Part shown: positions 46,883-59,881 of the stretch, in pieces
Layout of the letters: every line of letters begins with the position of its first letter
Numbering within the stretch: the first letter of the stretch is position 1
Assembly: GCA_965235115.1 (NCBI GenBank)
Contig: OZ249436.1
Location: 27,158,001 to 27,218,000 of the forward strand
Reading direction: 5' to 3'
DNA from: Laetmonice hystrix
Taxonomy: Eukaryota
Length of the DNA: 60,000 bases
Position numbers and translations under genes: made by a program
The notes under the pieces: model-generated
Database searches by the model: none
Seen by the model: only the letters and a program-made list of their open reading frames with translations
Told to the model about the DNA's origin: nothing

Positions 46883-49800
46883 ATGCCCGAGGTAGATATG
46901 TCTGGGGACTGTTGGGTACAGGAGAGCATCAGGGAGGTTAAATTTGAAGACTGTTATTCACTTGGGAAAGAACTTGGAAGGTGAGTGACTGGTTACAATA
47001 TTTACAAATGAAGTTCAGGTATGTCGATGCCGTGTTATTGTGTCGGGTGTGGAGGGCTGAGATACGCTGAGCCTGGGGTAAGGACAAGGGGTATATATGG
47101 GTGCTATTTTTTATGCCCGTGTCCCAGTGTCACACGATAAGACATTTGTCCATGTCCCATGTCACTTTTTAAAACGATTCAATCATGTCTCGTGTCACTT
47201 TTTAAGCTCCAGTCTAAGACTAAGACTGAGACTGGCTCTAGTGTAAGACTAAGACTGTAACAGTGTAAGAGATTTAGGCCTAGATGGATATGGCAGATCT
47301 ATGTCGCTTCTACTGTAGGCCTATGTCGCACGTCGCTATTTAATAAGTGTCGATGTCGTGTGTCACCTGTTAAGTAAATCAATGTGTCTCATGTCTATTT
47401 TTATTGCAATTCTGGATGTCTCACGTCGAATTTTATCAGCCATTTGGGAGCTGTGTCCGTCGCATGTTAAGAAGAGGATGTCGCAATGTCGCCCTTCATT
47501 TTACGGCCGTGTCGGCGTGTCGATCGTGTCGAATTTTACCCATGTATACCCCTAGGACAATCAAAGCCTTAGCGCCGACCTTGGCTTAGGCTTACACAGA
47601 TAACATATTTCATACTGTGGTCTACAAAGTGTCTGTTTAATGTTGGACGAAGTAGTCCTATGTTTTTCACTTTCAGTTATGCATGGGCATCTACAGGAAC
47701 TTTCAGGTAGCAAAGTCAGATGGGGGCAGGCACTGACGAATCCAGGATTTTGATAAGGCTGGGCCCGCCAGGATTTTGATAGGGGGTGGGATCAGGATTT
47801 TGATAAGGGCCGGAGGCCCACCTAAATCTTTTTTTGCCTCACTGTGCTGGGCTTTTGATTTTGACTGTACTAATGCATCTTCATCCAACCAAAAAGAAGA
47901 AGGAAAATCTAAGGGGGCCGGGCCCCCTAGGCCCCCTCCAGGATCCCCCACTGGCAGGCCATCGCAGACACTATTCGCGGCAGCCAACTCCATTGAATGC
48001 TCTGTACCCATAAGCCTACGTGAAAATGGATCTTGGAAAATGCCCCTCTGCTTGTGGCACATTGCCAGGAAATAGGCATAGGCTATCAATTTTAATTTTC
48101 CACTGTTCCCTTATCTCTCTCACATGTCCATTCTTCTTTGTTTCTTGCAGAATCTCTAGAAGTTGTAGAACCAAACAAAAATTTTTTATAAATAATTTTT
48201 TTTGCAGGAGGGGGACAACAATGCAGGGTTAGAGGGCATACAATTAGCCCTCTTTTGATTGAACACCCCAAAATGCCTGTGGGTAGGCCTACATCAACAA
48301 AATCTGTGATCAAGCCCTGGTAAAAGTCAACATTAGAGGATTTTGAGGCCATTGATCCATAATTTTACAAGTAAGGATAGACCAATTTGAAATGTACCAT
48401 TAGTCAGCAGAATTTTATTTTTTTCACATCAGTTCTATTAACTGACCTTTGGTTACACCCAGTTTTCTCTGTGAAGATGGTTTAAGCTGCCAGCACGGCA
48501 GAAAATTACCAATACTCACATAATAAAGACTGTGGCAGAGTTGGCTCGGGCAATGATACCTTTATAATATCAGGATTTCCTGGAGATTTTCGACTTTTTT
48601 TGGGGGGGGGGGGGAATGCTATGAATGTAGAAATTTTCAAGCCAATAGGACTCATCAGACATTTTACAGCGGGCTTTGAATGAAGGTGGTCATGGTAACG
48701 GAGGGACACTTGCAAACGGTAACGGAGGGACAGGATTGCAGTTGTCCATTTAGGCAGCCATTGTACATCATGTATCAGGTGTTTCTATCCATAGCTTTAT
48801 TGAAATTTATTTTTGACACCTGTGGACCACCTTTTCACATTATTTTCAAAAGCTGTGGCATATCCATGGCAACTGCTGCACCAGTATTACAAGGAAGTTT
48901 TCAACTGGTGAAAGTTGAAAATAGTGTGAAAAAGTGACCAAAAGAGTGTCCAAAATATCATTCCTCAAAACAAGAAGTCAAATATATAATTCTAATTGAT
49001 TGTTTTATTAATACGATCATGTGAAAATGCAATGGTAATGATGAGATCTTAGTGTTCCAGTACACAGCGTACCATTTTTTTTTTGGTTGGTTTTTTTTTT
49101 TGGAGTAATGAAGACATTTCTACCCCATAGACTGACACATCAGCGTGGCATTGGTGAAGATGTGTTATTCCACTGCTAAACTTTGAAAGTATGCCTGAAT
49201 TGTTTTCCAAAGCCCACTGACTTGCAAAAATAATATGCTGAGAATTTGTTTCACAAAGGTCAATCGCGAAATTTCACTGCCGCAAAGTTTTCCCGATCTA
49301 CAATACCTAATGCCTGCAAATAACTTCGTTAGTCATAATTAGTAACAGAATGATGATTCTAGCTTTAAATATTCTGAATTCAGATACTTTGAACTTTTGT
49401 CCCTCCGTTGCCGGTAACTGAGGGACAGATTTCACCCCCCTCAAAATCATCGTTTAGCAATTTTTTTTTTAAACTGATTATACTAACACACACAAATGCT
49501 TTCTTTTAGAAAGTTTCCCCTTTCTGGATAGAAGTTTGATATTTCAAAAATTCAAAAATGATGTGTTTTCGGTAACAGAGGGACAAGTGAAAAGCCTGAT
49601 TTTGATCGGCATGTGAAAAGATTCTGAGGTTTCTGTTTCCAAAATGAGTTAGTATATTAGATACATGGCCTCTTAATCTCTACAAAAACAGGCAAGTTTA
49701 CCCCACAAACTGTTGAAATGTCTGCATGCAGGTGCTTTCATAATTGTACCAAATTGGGGGGAAAAATAGTTTTGCAATATTGATGGGTTCGGAAGGCTGT

Positions 49801-52800
49801 AACTTTTTTTCTAGTTGAGATAATTAAAAACGGTTTTCTGCTCCATGCACTTTATGACATTGACGTCAAAATAAGGGTAGTGGGAGAATCTTCTACACAA
49901 TCTGAAATTTTGCCCCTGATGTTAACATCCGCTTGGCCTGGCCCTATACAGTAATATTGGGACAGAGATTTGATTCCAGTGGGGTGGTACTATAGTTTTG
50001 TCTTTTGGGAAATTTAACAGGGTTACCAGTAAATCTGATGAAACTTTTAACTTTCCAGCATGATTTCTCAAATTATGTGCAGTTCCACTTTCCCTTCATG
50101 AGTACTTGCTTCACATTGCATGTGTTCAGGTCTTAACTAACAACTGGTTTAAACTGATAAAAGTTGTCAGTTTAGATCCAGGTCTGAGCTGGCAAATAAT
50201 TATCACCAGTGCTGGAATGATAATCACTAATTTGAACTGATTCAGGAAATGACAGCGCCGAACAATAATATTCTCTGTGAAAGGCACTGTAGAAATAAAG
50301 GTTCTACTTCATGATTTTCTCATTCTCGGGGTGGGATGAGCCATGTTATGTGAAAGAAAATATTGAAATAATAAATGAACAAATATGGATTTTTCATAAG
50401 TTTAGTAAATGTCTACTGTACATGATGGGATCACCTGATGCCTCGGTTGCACAGTTGGCAGACACGCAAGGATAGGTACAGGTGGATTCCCAGTGGAAGT
50501 GGAGCTAAGGATCAGGTTGTCTGTATCTGGAGATGCGGATCAATAAATGAGTGTGCATCATGCGTGAGGCGCTGCCTGGCGGTTTGACTGCCAATTATTG
50601 AGGGACTTGGTAGTAGGCTAGCATATGCCCTTTGGTTATGTTGTAGGCAAGCTCTTGTTCATCAGGGGATGGTCCGCCATCAAAGCTTGGATGACTATTC
50701 ATAGACAATTCGGCCAAGGTCAAAGTCAGGCTCAGAGCCTCATCAGTGACACTATTCAGGCTGCAACAAACGTTCAGTAATCTTTGGACTTGTTTCTGGT
50801 TGTTCACACAGAGATGATAAACTGTTAATGAACTGGCAAAAATATCTCAAATCGGCATTTTTAAAACACATTTATATGATAGCATGGTACTTGGTGTCCT
50901 TACCTCTAGAATACTGCCACTAATTACTTCATTTTGTGTACATTTCCTTTGCGAAATTGGTGAGCAAAATCGCATCATTATTGGGTTTAACCTTCCTTTT
51001 AATGAAATAAAAGGGTTTAGGAGCTATTCTCTTTTTTTCAGTGTGCCTTAGTTGGTCGTAAACACATTGAAGGGCCAGTGCAGGCGCTATATCCTTAAAC
51101 ATTTACATCCTGTGATGATAAAATCTTTGCTAAAATGCCATGAACACTGTCTTATTGAGGTGAATTTTAATTGCAGCCCACTTCCAATTACGACTAGTCT
51201 AAAGACTAAAGTGCAGAAAAAGACACAAGGGCAAACCAGAAATATAAATACAATATGTACACAACAATAACCAATAACAACTACATGTACTGAGACATTT
51301 CATTCAGTAGTGTACACAAAATGAGATATTACCTGAATGCATAGATGTTTTACAAATAACTTAATCATGGGTTTCAGTTCCCTAGGAATCTGAATAAACA
51401 TTTTTTAATTATTTGCTTCTTGCCTCCTCAAGCTTTGAACTTTTACCAGTACATGGTGTCTGGGTAAAAAAAGATCTATTTTAGTATGGATTTATATTTT
51501 GGCACACGTCCAAGGCTGTAGTTAATAAGAATGTAAAATCAGATCCATAATCGTCCTTTTTTTAAACTACCGTTAGGATAATGAACCTCTCCAGCAAAGT
51601 CTGATGGTGCCTGTCAGCCTTTATTACAAAGCCTGAATGAGAAGTGTCTTGCACATGAATCACATAAAAAAAAGTTTGCAGTTTAACGGAAAACCAAATG
51701 TGAGCCAGGGTGTGTTGTGGAAACAGTAATTCTGTTTACATGTCATGTACTGCTGTTCAGTGTGGTATTTGAAGTTTTACAATCAGGTGTCCAAGGGTAG
51801 CTCAAGGTCAAACACCATGAATCTGGTACCCTCCTCAATCTGTTTTACAGTCAGGTGATTGACCGTGGGGTTATCCATCAAGTCAGCCATTCCCACGTGG
51901 AGGGTGAAATTGAAATGTTCTTACATGTACATGTATGTTTTGCTTGTAATAACAGTTGTGGTAAGTTGATACTTAGTAGAATATTAAATTAGAGCATTTG
52001 GTTTATTCCAGGAATTGCTTTACAGTGTAGCCGGGTGTTTGGCCGCAGATTGAGTCTACTGCATGCAGCCAACATTATTCCAAACAAAAATGTTGATCCT
52101 GTGAATGAATAGGAAACGTTTTGTCAATTATTTGGTGGAATCATTCACCATGAAAATAGGCGATGTTTGGAGCAATGATGTAAATTATGGCGAGTTGTCT
52201 GCGCTGTCACATTTACCAGCTGAACACTGTTACCCAGCACCCCCCTCCCCTCAACCAAGTGTCTATTTATAGGTTTACCGCAGTCATTGGGTGCAAGAAT
52301 CGGCGCCCATTCAAAGCAGAGTCCCGGGTATATCGTGAATGAAAGCCAGCAGAACGACGGCTCCAGGTCCACTGAAACCAGTCACTTTCACCCCCCACCG
52401 CCCTGTAGCTCTTCTATCTGTCATATATCAGTGCGATATATGGAGGCGTCTTTACAAATATGTTACCGTCAGTCTGTTTCCTACAGGAAGGGACTTACTA
52501 ATGATAGTGCAGTGCCATTGATTTGTTCGCTTTTCGGTATGGAGTAATATTGACGCAGCATGCAATATTTAACACGTGTCAAGGTTGTGGGAGGGTGGTT
52601 GTGGCCAAAGGGGGGGGATGTTGATAAAAGAGGTAAATTGTCAGTATAAAGGCCGGTTTATAGTCCGTCGGTCGACCATCGACCGACCATCGGCCGACCA
52701 TCGCTCGACGTCAGGTCAAAGTTCACGTAGGTTTAACTGTCAGCGATCGGTCGACTGACGGCTGGATCGCTGAACTATAAACGTCGGGCGATGGTCGGCC

Positions 52801-55800
52801 GACGGACTATAAACCGGCCTTAAGTCTGCAGACAGGTACCAGCACTTGGAGATGATCAAATGTAAACTCCAAGGTACCACCACTATGAGATGTTCAAATG
52901 TAAACTCCAAGGTACCTCCACCATGAGATGATCAAATGTAAACTCCAGACAGGTACCAGCACTATGGGATGATCAAATGTAAACTCCAAGGTACCTCCAC
53001 CATGAGATGATCAAATGTAAACTCCAGACAGGTACCAGCACTATGGGATGATCAAATGTAAACTCCAGACAGGTACCACCACTATGGGATGATCAAATGT
53101 TAACTCCAGACAGGTACCACCACTATGAGATGATCAAATGTAAACTCCAAGGTACCTCCACTATGGGATGATCAAATGTAAACTCCAGACAGGTACCAGC
53201 ACTTGGAGATGATCAAATGTAAACTCCAGACAGGTACCACCACTATGGGATGATCAAATGTAAACTCCAGACAGGTTACCACCACTATGAGATGATCAAA
53301 TGTAAACTCCAGACAGGTACCACCACTATGGGATGATCAAATGTTAACTCCAGACAGGTACCACCACTATGGGATGATCAAATGTAAACTCCAGACAGGT
53401 ACCACCACTATGGGATGATCAAATGTAAACTCCAGACAGGTTACCACCACTATGAGATGATCAAATGTAAACTCCAGACAGGTTACCACCACTATGAGAT
53501 GATCAAATGTAAACTCCAGACAGGTACCACCACTATGGGATGATCAAATGTAAACTCCAGACAGGTACCACCACTATGGGATGATCAAATGTAAACTCCA
53601 GACAGGTACCACCACTATGGGATGATCAAATGTAAACTCCAGACAGGTACCACCACTATGTTCCCTCTCAGTCAAGTTCCCGTGTGGGGAACTTGACTGA
53701 GAGGGAACTTGAAATCGTTATACCAGGATAAAGTAGGTCCCTTTTACTATTCAGTATTCTAACTCTGTTTTCACCGTGACGACAGCCTTAGATGCCAACA
53801 CAGCATAAAGCCACCATTACTGGCTCAATAACTCACTCGTTATGAGTATTTCTAAACATATAAGGGACTTACTGAGAGCATAAAGAGGCGTAACAATGAA
53901 AACAAGTTCACAACAGATTTTCAGTCAATAAAGAACTTGATGCAGACGTATCAGTACGTGGATTTGTGGCTGGTATTTCGAAAAGATAGATTTGGACAAA
54001 TTACAAATGTCATAACTATTACTGCAGCACTATTGCCAGTTTTCAACTGCCCACTTGTAAACTTAAAATACTGCAATCATGTCACTGGTGAAAAAGACAC
54101 TACAACATGTATCTCATATTCTAATATTATTTCGATCAATTAATTTAACCATGGGTTATATCAGTATTTCCAGTAGGCATCTTTTTGCTCTATCAGAAGG
54201 GAACTGTTTTCTATTTTTGTTGTGTTTTTTTTTGCACATCTTTATTCAGGAAATGACAGAAAGATACACAACACGGTCTGTTGACCGAAGTTAAAGCTGT
54301 GTCCTGATTAAGTTAAATTCACAAACTACAAACAACCTTTAATGAGATGAAATGCATGTGGAAATGATATGTGTAAATTTGTTTATATTTATTTTTAACA
54401 ATAGACCGCTCCTCTCCCAAAGTCACCAAAAGGAGAAATCCTCCAGAAAAATCTTGTTAATATTAATACATGTATACGTATGTTATTTATTTATCCAAAC
54501 CTATATTATGACAGTCATATTGGTTAATTTTCCAGGGGCGCCTCATCTGTAGTGCTCAAGTGTGAACATCGGGGGACACAAGAACCATGGGCCGTCAAGA
54601 TCATCCAGAAAAAGGTTGGCCATGAAAACCTTTGATCATTTCCAGGCCCTGGGTTATAAACGGCCAGGATACAAAGTAAAGCTCGTCATACCTCCGATTT
54701 GTGGGACATAAAGCAATGTGCTCAGATTATTGTCATGTTGAGGAAATGGTACTGAATATTGGGTGGCATTATTAGTTGTTTGGATATATAGTGCATAGGA
54801 GTCAATTGTAGTCTGTTGTCTTGTTTGCAAGGCTGCAAACTGGCAGACACGATGTATCATTACTGAGTAGGGCGTCTCGATGATGGAATCGTCGGGACAG
54901 AAATCAGTGTTTATTGATACTGTATAAAAACTGTGCATTTTTTCCTTAGCATGAAGGGATGAGTTTAGATCTAAACTTAAAACTTTAAGTTCTGCATTTC
55001 TAAACAGAGCTTCAGCAAACAGAATGTCATTAATTTGAGCTGCATCTTGCATGCAATTGATTTCATTGAAAATGTCTCATGATGTAACACATAGGTTTAA
55101 CATCATCAATGCATGTCATGCCTTCGGGTAAACAAGATGCATGTCATGCCCACAGGTAAACAAGAAGGTAAACAAGATGCAGTTGGTATTATTGAAAAAG
55201 TCTCATGATGTAACACAGGTTTGACATCATCATTGCATGTCGCCCACAGGTAAACATGATGCAATTGGTTTTATTGAAAAATCTCATGATGTAACACAGG
55301 TTTGACATCATCAATGCATGTCGTGCCCACAGGTGAACAAGAAGGTAAACAAGATGCAGTTGGCATTATTGAAAAGTCTCATGATGTAACACAGGTTTGA
55401 CATCATCAATGCATGTCGTGCCCACAGGTAAACATGATGCAATTGGTTTTATTGAAAAATCTCATGATGTAACACAGGTTTGACATCATCAATGCATGTC
55501 GTGCCCACAGGTAAACAAGAAGGTAAACAAGATGCAGTTGGCATTATTGAAAAGTCTCATGATGTAACACAGGTTTGACATCATCAATGCATGTCGTGCC
55601 CACAGGTAACCATGATGCAATTGGTTTTATTGAAAAATCTCATGATGTAACACAGGTTTGACATCATCAATGCGTGTCGTGCCCACAGGTAAACAAGAAG
55701 GTAGTGCGGTCAGAGATTGGCATCTTACTGAAGGTTGACCATCCAAATCTTGTAAGTACTTAACCATTTCTGTATACCTGAAATGACGTTTTGATTTCTT

Positions 55801-57474
55801 TACATGGCACGTTAATAGTAATAATGATTTAATCATCAGACATCAGAGTGACTTATTGTTGTTCTCTCACAAGTATGGCATGAGGAAATACCAGCAATGA
55901 TAGAAACCAATGCCAGTAGTATTCCTCACACATGGAGCGATTGTGTGTGAGAGAACCAAGCACTGTAGCGGCACTGCAGGTGCTAGGTATATTGATGGAA
56001 TTCAATGCCTGACTGGATATCAGACTTTTTTCATGCTTAACATTATGATATGACACTCAGTTTTATTACAATATTTAATCTTGTTAAAGCTTAAAATTTG
56101 CTATAAATTCTATATATTCCTATTCTCCTAGAATGAGAAAACCTTATAATAATTAGGATGATATGCTACATACATGTACTCTCCTATTGATCCAATTATA
56201 GATACGGCTAAAGGAAGTTTATGAGACACCAACGGATATTTACATGGTGTTAGAACTAGCCACAGGAGGGGAACTATTTGATAGGTATGCTTTCTTCCCC
56301 CTCAGAATTTCATGAAAAGTGTAAGATTATTTTGACAAGTACACATGTACACTTTTTCACCTCAGAATTCATGATTAGTTTAAGATTATTTTGACTTTGA
56401 TGTGAGCATTGGTTATATTTGGAACATGACATAATTTCTATAGATTAAGCAATTATTTATTGTGTTGTGATTTTAAAATGTGAACGTTTTGGTACTTGGC
56501 CAGAATTGTTACACAAGGGTACTACAGTGAAAAGGATGCCGTACGGTGCGTCAAAGACATTTTAGAAGGTGTCAAGGTTGGTCCGGCTTCCACATCTCTC
56601 TCGGCTTATTCAATCCCTTTTTTGTATAGTTCCAAAAATTCCAAATTTTTTTTGGAAGACATCATGAAATATTACAGGTAGATTTTGTTTCTGAATATCT
56701 TGAAATCCTTCTAAGGACTCAATGAAAAAACTACAGGTTCAAATTTTTGATAAAGTAAACTTGCCTGACGATAAAAGAACAGTTCAGCTTCTTGCAGGTT
56801 ATGCCAGCGGCTTTATGAAAATCTTGGGGTTAGTTAGCTTTGGCTAGCTTACACATTTATTTTCTCTTTTTTGATTTAGCATCTACATGAAAACGACATT
56901 GTTCACAGGGATTTAAAGGTAATTACCAGGTACCTTCTACTTCCTTGACACAATACCATTGATGGTAAGATCTGTGATTGCTGACACACTGAAGAGGTTA
57001 AAATATCAACTTGATATCACAGTCAGATACATTATAGTGTTGTATCTGCATCTTCCGTTGAACGACACACATGTAAAGTAAAGCATATGGACATTTTAAA
57101 GAGAAAGTTGATATCTGCATCACGGTACAACGTATTCCTACTTGTATGGTTTCAGCCTGAAAACCTTTTATACAAAGATAGCACTGATGACGCAAAGTTG
57201 AAAATAGGTAAGTTTTTCTTAAAGTGCCCGGTATATTTTTTTCATTTGTGACATAGAAAGTTTATAAATCAATAGCCGTGACTACGGGGGAAATGCGTAT
57301 CATCAGTATCAACCACCAGTAGTGTAAAGTTTAATTTGTATGAATTTTAAGAACTCTTTTTTTGAAGTGTGAGTAAACATTGTTTTATTTCTGCCACAGC
57401 TGACCTAGGTCTGTCTAAGATCATAAGTGGGGACCTGATGATGATGACAGTGTGCGGCACACCTGGATACTGTG
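46883..57474 (+). CDS. CAMK4: Calcium/calmodulin-dependent protein kinase IV-like, exons 1-8 (3' part lies beyond the window)
   Basis: Exons 46883-46980, 54536-54614, 55689-55751, 56202-56284, 56504-56576, 56880-56918, 57156-57207, 57400-57474, all GT-AG and in phase: ELGRGASSVV, WAVKII, RSEIGILLKVDHPNL, LELATGGELFDRI..G.YSEKDA, HRDLKPENLL, ADLGLSKI, TVCGTPGYC. Confidence 0.92.
47087..47553. mobile_element. MITE with 6-bp TSD in kinase intron 1
   Basis: TIR AGGGGTATA(T/C)ATGGGT; TSD AGGACA (47081-47086, 47554-47559); TGTCG-rich interior. Confidence 0.75.
52650..52820. mobile_element. PIF/Harbinger-type MITE
   Basis: TIR AGGCCGGTTTATAGTCCGTCGG, TSD TAA. Confidence 0.8.
52826..53660. repeat. 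Minisatellite, 38-42-bp unit, about 21 copies
   Basis: CCAGACAGGTACCACCACTATGGGATGATCAAATGTAAACT. Confidence 0.92.
53660..53708. repeat. Perfect 22-bp inverted repeat with a 5-nt loop
   Basis: GTTCCCTCTCAGTCAAGTTCCC-GTGTG-GGGAACTTGACTGAGAGGGAAC. Confidence 0.85.
55053..55702. repeat. Higher-order tandem repeat (alternating 95- and 83-bp units) overlapping the acceptor of kinase exon 3
   Basis: Units contain ...GCATGTCGTGCCCACAG|GTAAAC; the last unit supplies the real acceptor at 55688/55689. Confidence 0.9.
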
Positions 57475-58726
57475 GTGAGTCAGCCAGACAGTTCATGTCC
57501 CAATGTCTTGTAAAGGTCAACAGGACGAGTAAGGTACAGCCTTTACAGCCCCACTGTCTCATTTGTTATGTGACCAGGAAGAAAAATGTTATTTGATGAA
57601 AATAGAAATCAACAAATATTTCATTTATGATGGACGGAAAACTTGCAATTATATCAAAGTGATTTTTTTTTCAAAAAAAATATATATGTGCTGTAGTGCT
57701 ATGTTACTTCTGGATGTAGAAATAGAAAATAGAGGCAAGTAAAATTACTCCTTTTCTTTTCTATAGTTCACCCAAGATTGTATGCACATACAGTTCAAAA
57801 TCATCAAGTCAGTTCTGTCAGTTTTCACTTGACACCAAAGATTTGCATGTAAACTGTGTAGTAATTGCTCAGGGTGTTTACTTGTTGGTGTCATAGATGA
57901 AATTACTTACCACCATAACTAAATGAGATAATTTGTATACGGAGTTCACTCTGGCGGAATTTAAATAATGATCAGTGGTCAACACCTAGCGGTCAGTGGA
58001 CCGCCACTACTCCAGCGCCCTCTGGTGGGTCAAAGGTCATTGACCCTGAGGGTCAAAGGTCATTGACCCTACTCCCAATATCAATCACTGTAGTTCCGCC
58101 AGGCAAGGAGCGAACATGTGTGTTGCACTACGCGGGATTGCCTTGCCTGGGGAACGATTTGTTAAGGAGAATTATACTTCGGTCCGGAAACGCCAGGTGG
58201 CGTACAGATGAGAACGCGTTCCATGTAAGTGACAGGCACTTGTTCCGAGTTGTTGACAGGCAACAGACGTGTAACACGGAGTGCCGTGTTAGGTATAGGG
58301 AGAATACGTGTGATATGGTGGGTGGAAATTTTCCTCCACTCTCCCGTGAAATCTGGGCTGTGCCCGGCTCACGGTGAGGATACGTGTGATATGGTGGTTG
58401 GAAATTTTCCTCCACTCTCCCGTGAAATCTGGGCTGTGCCCAGCTCACGGTGAGGACTTGGCCCCGGGGTCAACACACACGGCTGTGATATCTGGGCAGT
58501 GCCCAGCTCACGGCATTGCAGTGACCGGTACCTGCAACTGGGCAGTCGGGACCTACACCGCTACCCACTGAGTTGACCTGTGTACACCTACCACACAGAC
58601 GTGAACCTGCACGCAGGCCTGCACTTGAGCAGGCAGGACCTGCCCTCAGACCTACACACTGAAGGCACCTAGTCAGTCGGGAATTGCACTCTGACTGGGG
58701 AAGTCCGCCTTACTACTGACGTGAAT

Positions 58727-59881
58727 ATGCCGGGTTCCACAGAGAAAAAGCAAAAGGAGAAGGAGAAGCGCGAATATGTCGACACTAGTGCGGGTCCGTC
58801 GTCAGAGCAGTCGTCCCCCAAAATGCCAAAACTGACTCCGGCCAGCGGAACTTCGAGTTCGAGCCAACAAGGCAAGGAGAAAATGGCGTCTGAGGTAAAC
58901 GGCATGTGCGAGGTCCTTAGACAAGGCTTCAAAGACGTTGCTGCTACCATAGTCGACAAGCTAGATAATGTCAGTAAGGAAATAGGGGCAGGCCTAGAAG
59001 AATTGCACGACTCCCTGGGGGAGAAGTTGGATTCGGGCCATAATGAGACAGCATACGATGAGACGGCAGACGGTCACTCAAACACCGGTGCACCGGACTA
59101 CCTTTCCTCAGAAACTTCTGGGGAAAACGTATCTTTCTTCAAGAAACTTAACAAACCCGAAGTAGACGATACAGTAGGGCCACCAGTGGATGCGGACCTG
59201 GCAGAAGGAACGGACCGCTTCTTTAGAAAGCCTATTTCTAACGAGGAATTCAAAGAAATGAAACTCAAATACCCCAGGCCAGAGAACGTTAACTGGCTTA
59301 GAGCCCCCGATATTTCACCGAACATCTGGAGAAGACTCCCTGGAGACTTCAAGGTCCTGGACAAATCCCTCAGGAATGTACAGGAACAACTGGTACCAGT
59401 GGGGGCTTCACTGGTCGCGGCACTGGAGAGCCTGGGCAACGATCGTGTCCAGGAGGGCATGGATCTGTTAACAGACACTCTAGCCATGTTCGGGTATGTG
59501 TATCGTATGAATCTCACAGAAAAAAGAAGGGAGTACCTGAAAGTTAAACTCCCGGAGGACTGTAAGGCACTGGCTTCAACCAGGTGCGAGCCATCTCCTA
59601 CCAACCTCCTGGGGGATATGGCGGAACTCCAAAAATCGATGAGTGAGACTGAGAAAATCACATCTCTGATGGACAAAGCCAAGGCAAGAGTACAGAATCA
59701 GAGGAAGGATAGGGTACCCTTCCCCGCTCGTAGGGGGTTTGCTAACAGGAGGGGTGCCTTTGGAAGGAAGTTTGAAGCCCAGAGGAGGTCCTACGCTGCT
59801 AACCAGATGCAGGACCACAGAGTGCCGGCTGACAAGACGCCGAGCTACAGTAATTTTCGCCGGGGACAGGCACGTCGTTAG
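58727..59881 (+). CDS. Gag-like ORF1 of the DIRS element (384 aa from ATG)
   Basis: Intronless intact ORF; VGPPVDADLA, KYPRPENVNWLRAPDISPNIW, DKSLRNVQ, RREYLK and an Arg/Gly-rich C-terminus typical of DIRS gag. Confidence 0.8.
   Translation: MPGSTEKKQKEKEKREYVDTSAGPSSEQSSPKMPKLTPASGTSSSSQQGKEKMASEVNGMCEVLRQGFKDVAATIVDKLDNVSKEIGAGLEELHDSLGEKLDSGHNETAYDETADGHSNTGAPDYLSSETSGENVSFFKKLNKPEVDDTVGPPVDADLAEGTDRFFRKPISNEEFKEMKLKYPRPENVNWLRAPDISPNIWRRLPGDFKVLDKSLRNVQEQLVPVGASLVAALESLGNDRVQEGMDLLTDTLAMFGYVYRMNLTEKRREYLKVKLPEDCKALASTRCEPSPTNLLGDMAELQKSMSETEKITSLMDKAKARVQNQRKDRVPFPARRGFANRRGAFGRKFEAQRRSYAANQMQDHRVPADKTPSYSNFRRGQARR

Noticed and set aside
50440..50570. tRNA-like sequence beginning GCCTCGGTTGCACAGTTGGCAG
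   Set aside because: Only an A-box-like 5' part; no T-loop/B-box or cloverleaf. At most a decayed SINE head.
52826..53660. CRISPR-like array
   Set aside because: Contiguous near-identical units with no unique spacers.
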